Origin: Macrostomum lignano
Taxonomy: Eukaryota
Direction: 5' to 3'
Assembly (NCBI GenBank): GCA_002269645.1
Contig: NIVC01000215.1
Location: 248,001 to 312,000, forward strand
Length of the DNA: 64,000 nt
Position 1 is the stretch's first letter. The number at the start of each line of letters is the position of its first letter. Of this stretch, positions 1-11,683 are shown in pieces. The notes below the pieces were generated by a model. That model was given only the letters and a program-made list of their open reading frames with translations. It had not been told where the DNA came from and searched no databases. The translations under genes were made by a program, and so were the position numbers.

Positions 1-630
1 TCAGCACAAATATTGTTATTGCTTTCGATAAGGAGGCAGACCCAATGTTCATCTTTTGATATGCTGTGCCTATCTTCTAGCTCTATTGATATTCATAAAG
101 CTCTTCGTTCAGAAAATTAGGATTTTATGTTAATTTTGTATTCTACCAGCGTACGTAAATTTCCTGTACTTAAAAATCATAAAAATGCATGACACATTTC
201 GAATCTTTGGTTTTATGAATCCATTTTATCATCTCTCATACACATTGTTTCACAGTCAGCTAGGAATGATAAAACAGATTCATAAAACCAATGAGCTGAG
301 CCGCGCCATTTTAATGGTTTTTAGGCACAGGGGATATGCAGTTGTACGTAAAATTAAAAAAATGACATACAATCCTAATTTTCTAAACAAAAAGCTTTAT
401 TGATATCAATAGAGCTATAACAAAGGCACAACAAATCAAAAGATGAACATTGGGTCTGCCTCCTATCGAAAGCAATAACAATATTTGTGCTGAAAAAATG
501 AAAACTTCCTATCTATTGTGTTTTTTTCTTTCAAAAAGTGGCCTTCAAAACATTGTTTTCAGTAGATTTCGAGTGTTGAATCCTTCTAGTTTAGTAGTCC
601 TTGCTGAACCTCTTGGCGCAATCTTTGCAG

Positions 631-863
631 ACTGCTACAACCCGGACTCTCCAGACTGGTTCTTCTTCAGTCGATTCAACCGGACCAAAACTGCGCCCTG
701 TGAGCTGTGGAATTTGGCCACCAGCACCCCTATCGAGCACAACTACTGTTTCTACTGGAAGTACTATAACCCGCCCATTGGCGAGCATAACGCTCCATGG
801 TGCATCGTCAACTATAACGGCATGCTAACTAAGAAATTCTGTCACGGTTTTGACGCATGCTAG
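631..863 (+). CDS. Terminal exon encoding a kringle-like domain (gene starts upstream of window)
   Basis: Acceptor ctttgcag|AC at 630/631; translation CYNPD...RTKTAPCELW...HNYC...NPP...APWCIV...KFCHGFDAC* has kringle-type Cys/Trp spacing (C..W, NYC, PWC); stop 861-863. Confidence 0.6.
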
Positions 864-1431
864 ACTGTTAATGCGCGATAGCAGCTGTTTAGCTGGGTTT
901 TTTATCCAACTCAAATGACTCACAACATCCTATTTCACATATGTCAGCGATTGCCAATTTCCCATTGGCCTGCCGTCTAATATAAAGCATACAGTTCCTA
1001 TAAACTATATACAGATCCACTCCGCCAGATGGGAGACTTCCGATGGGATTAATTGTGACTGAGAAAAATGCAAAACCAAAATTCAATTCAATTGCATTTG
1101 TTTCATTGGCTATATTTAAAAAAATTACGACATTTAAAGGATCACTAGCTTTGATGGCTACCAGGGGGATGGGTGTTTCACAAAACTAAAAATCGATAAA
1201 TCGATCGAACCTAGTAGTGAAGTGTTTCACGGTAAACACGAAAGAAGGTAGTCTGTGACACCACCCCACTCATAGGGAGTTGTCCTTATAGTTGAATCGA
1301 ATGGATATTTGATATAATAATTCAGCTCAATCATGGCAAAAAAGTACGATCGCGATCTTAACGGCCACTCATTGTCTATGGCCAATCCATTAGAATCGAT
1401 CAAGTGGAGAGTCCAAAATTCTCTGCAGCAT

Positions 1432-2020
1432 TAGCCACAGCCACAGAACTGCATTTAGCCACAGACAATAAAGCCAATCAAAGCCACAGCCACAGAACTG
1501 CACTCGGCCACAGACAATAAAGCCAATCAAAGCCACAGCCACAGAACTGCATTTGGCCATAGACAATAAAGCCAATCAAAGCCAAAGCCACAGAACTGCA
1601 TTTAGCCATAGACAATAAAGCCAATCAAAGCCACAGCCACAGAACTGCATTTCGCCATAGACAATAAAGCCAATCAAAGCCAAAGCCACATAACTGCATT
1701 TAGCCATAGACAATAAAGCCAATCAAAGCCACAGCCACAGAACTGCATTTAGCCATAGACAATAAAGCCAATCAAAGCCACAGCCACAGAACTGCATTTG
1801 GCCATATACAATCAAGCCAATCAAAGCCACAGCCACAGAACTGCACCCGGCCATAGACAATCAAGCCAATCAAAGCCACAGCCACAGAACTGCACCCGGC
1901 CATAGACAATCAAGCCAATCAAAGCCACTGCCACAGAACTGCACTCGGCAATAGACAATCAAGCCAATCAAAGCCACTGTCACAGAACTGCTCTCGGCCA
2001 TAGACAATAAAGCCAATCAA
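1432..2020 (+). repeat. 48-bp minisatellite, about 12 copies
   Basis: Unit GCCACAGCCACAGAACTGCATTTAGCCATAGACAATAAAGCCAATCAAA repeated with point variants. Confidence 0.95.
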
Positions 2021-2539
2021 GCTGAAAGCTGGGAATTTCAAGCTGCACCCTTCCACGCAGGTCCGTCTTAATTGCAAATTGCTGATGAAAGAATGGTTAA
2101 TGAGATAAACCAACTGTGCAGATGCAACACAATCCTTTTGAGCTGGCCAGTGAAACTCCTAAAATTCCATCCCGTATGATTCATCTTAGATCACCCATCC
2201 AGTTGCGACCGGATCTCGATCGTGTATAGATCCGCTCGACGTTTTAAACAAAATAATTGCTCGAAATAGCGGAATAGATTGAAGCTAGCGGCAGAATATT
2301 TTCAAAGCATGGGAGAGAACTGAACCAGCATCCGGTTATTACTGCAGTAGGCTCTCTCACTCATCATGCAAGCCAATGGTGTAAGCCTGCAATTTATCGT
2401 TCGCTACCGCTATTTAAAACAGACGCCACTCCAAAATGGAGGGCGCAATCCCCATGCGGGAGGCGAGAGAGCGACTGGTTGCACATTTCAGAGAGTTCGA
2501 ACAGGCTACAGTCGAGCTATTAGAGAGTCTTCAGCAATA

Positions 2540-4623
2540 ATGCAGCAGGGAGTTTCAACGGCCGCGGACAAGGCCAGAAGCTGCTTCCAATGGTGCGCGT
2601 CGATCTTCTTCAGGTACCGCCACCTGTTCATCCTAGCGTTTGCTGCCGCCAGCGTCATTCTTGTTGGCGGCAAAAGGCGCTGCTTTTCCATCTTTCTAGG
2701 CGAGCTGCACGAACAGTTCAATAGTACTAAACTGGAGCTGAACATGATCGGTGAGCTGAGTTCAAATATGTCTTTCTGGTTTGTGGCTTTTAAATGTCAA
2801 ATTTCTCATGCATTGAGAAATGACAACTGACAAGCAAAGACCGGAATCCGGTCAGAGGTCCGAGAAAGTCAGAGAACGCATAGCGCTGAATGAAGTTTGG
2901 CCATAGACCAATTCGGCAGAAAAAATCGGCGCTAGGCCCGCAGTTCATTTCTAAGAAAATCTAGTTAGGAAACACTGTAATTAAGTTGACAATGTGATTC
3001 ATTGCGTTCTTCAGTAGTAGCTCGTACAGAAGCAAAACACGGATATACTTGTAAATTCACGGCAGAACAAACGCAAAACTAAATGCCGTCTTCGCGTGCT
3101 TTTTGAGATAGGACTGGGACTATTGATCAGTTGATCAGTTCTCTAGCCGACAGTGGTCCGGGAGTACCGACATGTACACCTTCTGACGTATCCATGTGCG
3201 TGTACACCCAGGGTTCAATGCAATGGTGTCTACTATAGAGTAATTTGAATGAGAGAACATCGGATTTCGATTTCATTGGCCAGGCGACAGCTATGCAGCG
3301 ACCGGCTTCTTCCTGATGCCCTTCGTGGCCACCGCGCTGCTGACTTACGGCCGCCACTACGGCCTGGCCTCGACTATCGCCGGAGTTCTGATCTTCATCA
3401 GCTGTTTGGCGTCGTCCTACGTGCCAAGCCCTGGCTGGATGTTCCTCACACATACCGTCATCCACGGAGTCGGCTCCGCTCTGGCCATGACTTCGGCGGC
3501 GTTGATTGTTGGCGAGTACTTCGATAGGAATCATCGATTCCACGTGCTGGCCACCACGCTGGTGTCCGGCGGGCCATTCGGAGCCATCATCTTCTGCCCG
3601 ATCTACGCCTACTGGATCCGAGAGGACGGCTGGCGGAACGCCTTTCGATTCATGGGCGTCGTGTTCTTCATCGAGATGCTCGTAGCCGGATTTGTCTACG
3701 AGCCGAAGCGGCTTGACTACGACGATCTGGACAAGCAGGCTGCCTCCGAGAGCGCCAGCAGCGACGGCGCCAGACCGTCCGAACGGCATGAGCTGAAGCC
3801 GGAGCAGCAGCAGAAAAAGCGAACTATCGGCTTCTGTACTCTGAAGGAAATTCGCGAAAGACCCCCGATTGCTCTGTGGATTCTGCAGCGCACAGTGCAC
3901 AACATGGTGATGTACAGCTTGGCTATGAACCTGTACGACTTCGAATACGACTCGATATCCCGTTCGACGTCCAAGTTCAGCTCTGTTGATAACGACACCA
4001 CGCCGGCAGGCGATTCCGACTGGGCTGTGCTGATCAAGACGAAGGCAACTAAAGTGCAGCTTTGCTACACAGTCGGCGAGTCGCTGATGTACGTCACCGG
4101 CATGCTGCTTGGTGACCATATCCGCGGCAAGCTCATCCTGGTGTACTTGGGCGGTTCGGCCACCCTGGCGCTGACTCTGTTTTTGTGGTTCTTCACCCGC
4201 CAGGTGCAGGGGCTCCAGTACGTGCTCGGCTTCGTGTCCGGCCTGTCAATCGGCACGGGGAACACCATGGTGTACGCCACCGCCGAGGAAGTCATGAACC
4301 TCGACGGCTCCGTGGCCTTCCCGATGAGCCGCTTGGGAGCCGGTCTGGGCATGCTCACCGCGCCGCTATTCTCCGGTCTGGTCATCGATCGTCTGAACTT
4401 CTCCGGTTTCTTCCTGATCCAGTGCGGCTTAGCGCTGTTGTCACTCTGCATCCTTGCCGCCATCACCATCATGCTGAAGCGTCTGGCCCACTGCGAGAGC
4501 ATGGATACCGGAGGCGCCGCACTGCAGAACCGGTGCTCCGATTTTCTCGACGGACATCACGGACACTCGCACGATGGGACAACGGCTCAGACGGCTGAAG
4601 ATTCGGAACCAACAGGTTACTGA
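2540..4623 (+). CDS. MFS transporter, SLC16/monocarboxylate-transporter-like; exons 2540-2750 and 3284-4623
   Basis: Phase-1 donor G|GTGAG at 2750 joins acceptor CCAG|GC at 3284 in frame with ORF 3316-4623; TM1 motif FSIFLGELHEQF, about 12 hydrophobic segments, large central loop, GEYFDRNH loop motif. Confidence 0.8.
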
Positions 4624-5258
4624 TTTCAAGGCCGAGAACATCTTTCCGCACTAGCGGTGTTTTGAATTAGTCTTGATCATGACCGATTTAAAAATTAGTA
4701 TTATAAATGCATGTTGAAGATAAGCCTAACTGATTCGTTATCAGTCACTTATTCTGATTAGTAATGCACCCAAAATTGACTTTAGGTTTGAACAAATTAT
4801 TGAACCATTTTATTCAGTTTGCTTTACCATAATTATTGTTAGTCGGTACCACACGAAAAGTCCACCATAACTGTTCAATTAATCTTTTTCCAATGCAACA
4901 CTGGGCCCAAGTTAGAATCCAATTTGAAATTATAGCCCAATATAAATCAAGGTCTCAAGCACTAATATTAAATGTTTTAGGGCTGTCATCAGATTTTTCG
5001 TCTTTAATCTTAATACATATTATTTTAAATAGACAAAAGCCAATTTGTATTGTATATGAATTTTGTCCAACACATTTCATTGCGTATATATACTATCTAT
5101 TAAGACACAATAGCAATTCGTTTTCGCTATTATTCCACAGTTACTTCACAATGTACAAAGTCCATTGCGTTGACTATACTTTCCCAACTTTATTATCTAT
5201 CCAACCCTCCTTACCTTCGTTACTGAGCTCGATATACTAAAGTCTACCATTTTTCCAG

Positions 5259-5552
5259 AGGGGTTTGTAGCCTAGTGGTTAGAGCGCCGAACTCACGACT
5301 TGAAAGCCGGGGGTTCGATTCCCGATCCCACTCGGAACAATTTGGGTCCTTGAGCAAGACACTTCACTCTGCGTTTCTTCAGTTCACCAATCTGTAAAAT
5401 GGGTGCCAGCATTAGATGTGGTAGCTGAGGGTGTGTGGCGACCCTCAAGTCATTGGACTGAACAGCCGTACGCAGCTTCAGATGCGCCGCGCAATAGCTG
5501 CGGCTGAGCTGTCGGTTGCACATCTACCCATTATGGCTGGTGTAATCAATTA
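5259..5552 (+). mobile_element. tRNA-derived SINE, copy 1
   Basis: A box TAGCCTAGTGG (5268), B box GGTTCGATTCC (5312), central TTGAGCAAGACACTT...CAGTTCACC..TGTAAAATGGGTGCCAGC, (ATT)n tail; homologous to 7375-7592 and 11357-11683. Confidence 0.85.
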
Positions 5553-5927
5553 TTATTATTATAAATCCACACTTTTTCACGCTAGTGGAAAGAGAAAGAG
5601 GGTGAATAGATGATAAAGACAATATAAAGCAGTCACGTGATGAAATTCGTACACGATGTAAATGTAGATTGGGGAGCAATAGGGAAATAATGACCAAAAC
5701 TAATTGTTTTTGTGTGTCTGGGTGAAGGTAGATAATATATATTCCAGTATGCAATGCCATTACTAATGTTAAGACAATCAAGTCTGTAAAGTTACAGAGA
5801 AAGGGAAATTTCTGTTATTCCTATATTTTAGTGTATTTGTACGAGTGTAGAGAGAGTCTTCCTAACATAGTTATCCGTTATCTGAGTTATCCGGAGTAAG
5901 TCTTGAACTCAGTAAACCTGTGTGTAG

Positions 5928-8900
5928 TCATACAAAGCCTTCCTCGTAGGCGAACTCGCTACAGCTGCTGTTTGGATTGGACTCTGCGCATTGGTTGGCA
6001 ACCACATCCAGCGGAACCGGCTTTGCTGTCACCGTGTCCGGTTGCCGAACTTCTTCGACGCTGTCTTCTGGCTTAGCGTCGATGCAAACGTCTTCACTAG
6101 GTGTACCAGCATTTTCTAGCGCTAATCCGTTCACGACGTCGTGGCTGACTGGAAGCGACAGTGGCGGTTTTAGTAGCCTGAGGCGTCGCTTCATAATCTG
6201 TTGTTGCTTCTGCTGTGGACTGCCGATTCTGTTTTGAACAACTTCGCTGTCCTGACTAAGCCGCCGCTGCTGTCGATGCTGATTGGTGCTGGCATCCGCT
6301 ATTGGGTCTTTGAAATCGGGGAAAAATCTTAATGCCTCATCTGCTCCTAGTGCTCTTAGCTAAGTTTTTAGTTAATCATGAATACCTCCGAGTGGGATGC
6401 AGACATTTTACAATAATTTTAATGCCATCATGGAGATTTTAACCATACCATAAATCACTCGATATTCTCCACCAATTTCGTCCAACTCCTCACCATGGCA
6501 AACTGACTCACTCTGCATGGCAAACTGACTCACTCAGCATGGCAAACTGACTCACTCTGCATGGCAAACTGACTCACTCAGCATGGCAAACTGACTCACT
6601 CTGCATGGCAAACTGACTCACTCTGCATGGCAAACTGACTCACTCTGCATGGCAAACTGACTCACTCTGCATGGCAAAGCTTCCGCTACTCGACGCGTTT
6701 CTCCGATAATGATTGGAATGAACTGTCAACTTTCGAACATTCTTCTCCGGCTGCCAGAAGATGATGTACAGCTTGGGCGCGAACAGACAGATGAGAGCGA
6801 CAGTTGCTGATAGAGAGATGCTGACGCATAGGGTGCAAACCTGCATCTGCATGTGCGGTTTGGCATGCGCAAAGTTTTTACGAGCAATGCGTCTTTTATA
6901 CGAAGTACGATACTTGTCTTTAATATTCAGGACTGGTTAACAAATTTCCTCATCAAAAGTTTTCAAAAAACTTGGCATGCAGATGCTAGATCGAGCTTGA
7001 AAATTTTGTCATCAATGATTCACCAATGATTCACAAAAACTGTATTAAACGCACCTCAACCGACGATTCCGTTCCAAAGTACAACGGCACAAATGCCAAC
7101 CAAATGACGCATGTTGTGTACATTGTGAAACCAATAAACTTGGACTCGTTGAAATTCTCCGGTATTCGCCGAGTTCTAACGGCAAAATAGGTGCAAACGA
7201 TAATTAGGCAGGCGTTGTACAGCAGCGAGGCTATGAAGGCTTGGCGCTCGACTCGACAGACTAAAACGGCCGCAAGCCTGCAGAGAGTGAAGATATCGGC
7301 TTGAAAATCATGCTCAAGATTTGATAAGCTAGAATTCTTCTACCACTGCCAACAATAATAATATTATTGTTAATTGATTACACCTGCCTTAATGGGCAGA
7401 TGTGCAACCGACAGCTCACACACACTCAATTACCCCAGCTAATACTGGCACCCATTTTAAATCTGGGTGAACTGAAGCAATGCAGAGTTAAGCGTTCTTG
7501 CTCAAGGACACATATTGTTCCGAGTTGGGTCGAGAATCGAACCTTCGACCTTCAAGTCGTGAGTTCGACACTAACCACTAGGCTACAACACCTAGGCTCG
7601 AACACCACATAAAAGTAGTAATGTATATTTATGCCAGTTTTGAGTTTCTGAAATACTGTTTTCTATGTACTACTATTATATAGTAGTACATTCAGGCATA
7701 CGAAGCTTTAAGAATGAATAACAAACGAACAATATATTGCTTTACGCAACCAGTTTTTTAGTGAAGCATTTTGAAAATCCGTCGCAAAGGAACAACCCGT
7801 GAAGCAGAGTTGGAAAATGTATGCCCCTAAGAACGAGCTGCCCCATAGGTTACCTGTGCGGTTGAAGAACTCGAGTTGCCGGCGGATCAACTACCAGCCA
7901 CAGTAAAGTGGACGCCAGCTGCACACTGATGAGGCCAGCCGTGATGAGAAGCTGGGAGCGGGGCGAGATGAAGCTCGGCCGACGCGCTGTCCGTCGAGCC
8001 GCCTCGAATATCCGAGCGATTCGATTGGTCTTCGTGAGCAGGGCGGCGTAGATGACGGCAAAGCCGAGGCCCACGCCACACCGTTGCAGGGCGCAGACTG
8101 CTGGGCTGGGCTTGGCCAGCAACAGGAAGCTGGTCAGGTAGCAGAGAAGGCAGCCGATCAGCAGGGCGTAGCTCAGCTCGCGACCCGACGCCTTCACCAC
8201 CGGCGTCTCGTTGAATCTGTCCGCGGGTGCGGTCAGTGTGGTGACAGCTACAACTCCTGCACCCATTTCTCACCTCGTACCTCCCTCTGTACCGCTGTAT
8301 ATAAAGCTTTACAATATTCTCACTTTGCAGTCCCAGGCTCGAGCCCAGGTTTGAACCCAAGTGCAGTCACATTATTTGGGGCTATATTGGAATCTCGGCT
8401 TGGCTCTGCTCGTGCAATTAATGGGTTTGAGGGCCAACCCTCAAGGCACAGTGAAGTGTACATGCCTAACGATTAATAAAGTTAGGGCCACTGTACACTG
8501 CTGTGTGAGTGTGTGCCTGTGCGTATGACTGCCTACGTATCTACGCGCTTGTGTGCCTGCATAGAGGAGTCGGCGGAATGGGGGCAGTAATGCCTCTCGC
8601 CGGTTGTGTGAAAATGTCGCTTAAATTGCGCCAGGGTGCACACAACCCCCTTGCTACCAGTAACTAGTACACCTAAACTAGCATTATTGAGGCTCACTTG
8701 ATAAAAGTGACCACCACGAACAGGGTGGCGCAGATGCCCGCCGAGCTCAGACTGCAGGGCACAATTGCATACCAACTGGTCCATCGGATGTGAGTGATCT
8801 GCAATTGTTGAGAATTATATTTTTCTATATACAGCTCCGTCGAATCTATGAAACTTGTAAGTTAATTGGCCTTGCCATAGGGCTTACTCACTCTCTGTAG

Positions 8901-11600
8901 TTACAGAGCTACAATACATAGTAAATTTGAGCTTTTTCTAAATAAATGAGTTGACAGGAAGAAGGCCAATCAGTGATATTCCAAGATTCCTTGATTAATT
9001 CCATCGAGAATTTAAAAAAAAACCCGGTGTTATTTTTAGCAAATTTTGTTGCGTGATACCTCAGTGCAGGCGAACTAAAGTGGATCTGATAACTGAATAC
9101 TATAGGACATATTTTATACGTGTCGCAGATAGGTGGGCTTACATTTTTCATCTCTGATAGTGTTACAAATAGTTCCGCAATGCAGTTAGTCCTAAGTCAA
9201 AATCGCAAATCGGTAAAGACTGCTGCCCCGATAATAACAAAAAGACCTCCATCTGAGGTCAATGGGGTTCCTACGAACATGGAAAGTAGATTTACTGGAA
9301 TGCGGCGTGGCTTTGGTCTGTAAACGCTGTTTTCTTTAGCTTTAACTGATGCTTTTTAAGGCTGACAGACTTACTTGCTTCATGGATGACTCATACATTG
9401 AAAACAGCGGCCCTACAATGCAAGCTGCTACATGCGAGGGGTGACCAGTTTTTACACTTCAAATTCATCGATGCCATTCTGACTTCATCGATTGCCATTC
9501 TGCATTCATCGATGCCATTCTGAATTCATCGATGCCATTCTGAATTCATCGATGCCATTCTGAATTCATCGATGCCATTCTGAATTCATCGATGCCATTC
9601 TGAATTCATCGATGCCATTCTGAATTCATCGATGCCATTCTGAATTCATCGATGCCATTCTGAATTCATCGATGCCATTCTGAATTCATCGATGCCATTC
9701 TGAATTCATCGATGCCATTCTGAATTCATCGATGCCATTCTGAATTCATCGCGAAGTACTCACAGAACGACACTCAACCAAAAATCTCTTTATTGGAAGC
9801 TTTCAGTAAGGTTGATGTGACGTGACAATGTTTTCCTCTCTGATGCAGAGTCTAGCTACGAGCCACAATCTAACGATATTCAATACCGATTCACATTTCA
9901 ACTGAAAATTCACCCTCAAAGGCAGACACCGAGTTCGTCCAGCGCTAGCGTCGGGTCCCTGTCCTGTTGGACAATCCTCGCAGGCGTCTCCGCCAGCCAC
10001 CAGCCGCTGATGTGGCAGACAGTCGGTGCAGCTCCAGCAGCAACCGCGACTTCTATGGTTGCCATCAGTGCTGCTCACAATTTTTGAGTCTCTTTGAAAG
10101 CCTTTCTCCTCTCGCGATCCCAAAGCTCGAGCCTGTTGAGAGTTGAAGTAATTTCAAGTTGAGCGGCTTGTGTTGATAGGATAAATAAGAGGGACTCGTA
10201 GGTTTCATTGTTTTGCTACGTTCACGACATTCTCTAATGGTCAAATTGAAGCAACGTCTAACGACGTCAAGAAGAGCTTTGTTGAATACCTCTGCAGAGT
10301 ACAGTCGCCGCTGTCCCGGCCTGCAGTCCTCGCTGCACCGAGACTTCGGCACCGAGTTTGAAGCGCCAGTTGGCCAGCGAATTGTTGAGGCCTCGTCGAA
10401 CCAGCTGAGTTTGCCTGTCCCGGAGGAGTCTTTCCGCCATTCGCCCACGGCTGCGTAGACTGGGTGGCCAGAAACCGCGGAATCTGTTGCTCGATAGTTG
10501 TACACTGTGTAAGCTCCCATGCCGTCACCCTCGGGGGTGAATTCAACTCGGCGACCAGCTGGATCTGCGGTATGCGGGTTTAGGTTTCTTGGAATTAGTT
10601 TTGTATTCTTGATACAGGATATTTCAATCTGTTGGCTGGTGAGGACAGTGCTGTGGGATGGCGGGGTTCTGCGGGGTGGTGGGGCTCCGTGGGTCGGTGG
10701 GGCTCGGTGGGGTGCTGGGGCTCTGTGGGTCGGTGAGCTCTGTGGGGTGGTGGGGCTCTGTGGGGTGCTGGGGCTCTGTGGGGTGCTGGGGCTGTGTGAG
10801 TCGGTGAGCTCTGTGGGTTGGTGGGGCTCTGTGGGGTAGTGGGGCTTTGTGGGGTGGTGGAGCTCTGTAGGGTGTTGGGGCTCTTTGGGGTGGTGAGGCT
10901 CTGTGGGGTGGTGAGGCTCTGTGGGGTGGTGAGGCTCTGTGGGGTGGTGAGGCTCTGTGGGGTGGTGAGGCTCTGTGGGGTGGTGGGGCTCTGTGGGGTG
11001 GTGAGGCTCTGTGGGGTGGTGAGGCTCTGTGGGGTGGTGAGGCTCTGTGGGGTGGTGAGGCTCTGTGGGGTGGTGAGGCTCTGTGGGGTGGTGAGGCTCT
11101 GTGGGGTGGTGAGGCTCTGTGGGGTGGTGAGGCTCTGTGGGGTGGTGGGTGCCGTAGGATCGTAGGATCGTTTCAGACAGAAAGTAGAGCTTTTAAATTT
11201 TCGCAGGTATTAGAAGATAAAGTCGTATGCGGTTTACTTTAGTCGTTGGCCTCATTAGGATATTTTTTCAAGCGAACAATTCAAACCAAATTTTTTAGCT
11301 CCTCAACAATCAGTGGCCCAAGCAGCTCTAAATCACTAATTTATACTTAAAGGCAGGGGTTTTAGCATCAGACTAGAGCATCGGTTAGAGCATCAGACTC
11401 ATGACTGGATTGTCGGGGGTTCGATTCTCGACTCAATTCCGAACAATTTGTGTGGTTGAGCAAGACACTTAACTCTGCATTGCTTCAGTTCACCTATCTG
11501 TAAAATGAGTGCCAGCATTAGCTGGGGTAATTGTGGTGTGTGGCGACCCCCCAGTCCATCGACAACAGCTGCGGCTGAGCTGTCGGTTGGACATCTGCTC

Positions 11601-11683
<83 letters not shown>

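Noticed and set aside
5259-5335. tRNA gene
   Set aside because: A and B boxes present but no closed acceptor stem; continues into a body shared with two other dispersed copies, so a SINE head.
9465-9750. Regular 20-bp repeats (and the 22-, 31-, 32-, 33-bp arrays) as CRISPR arrays
   Set aside because: Units are head-to-tail with no unique spacers, no cas genes, eukaryotic context.
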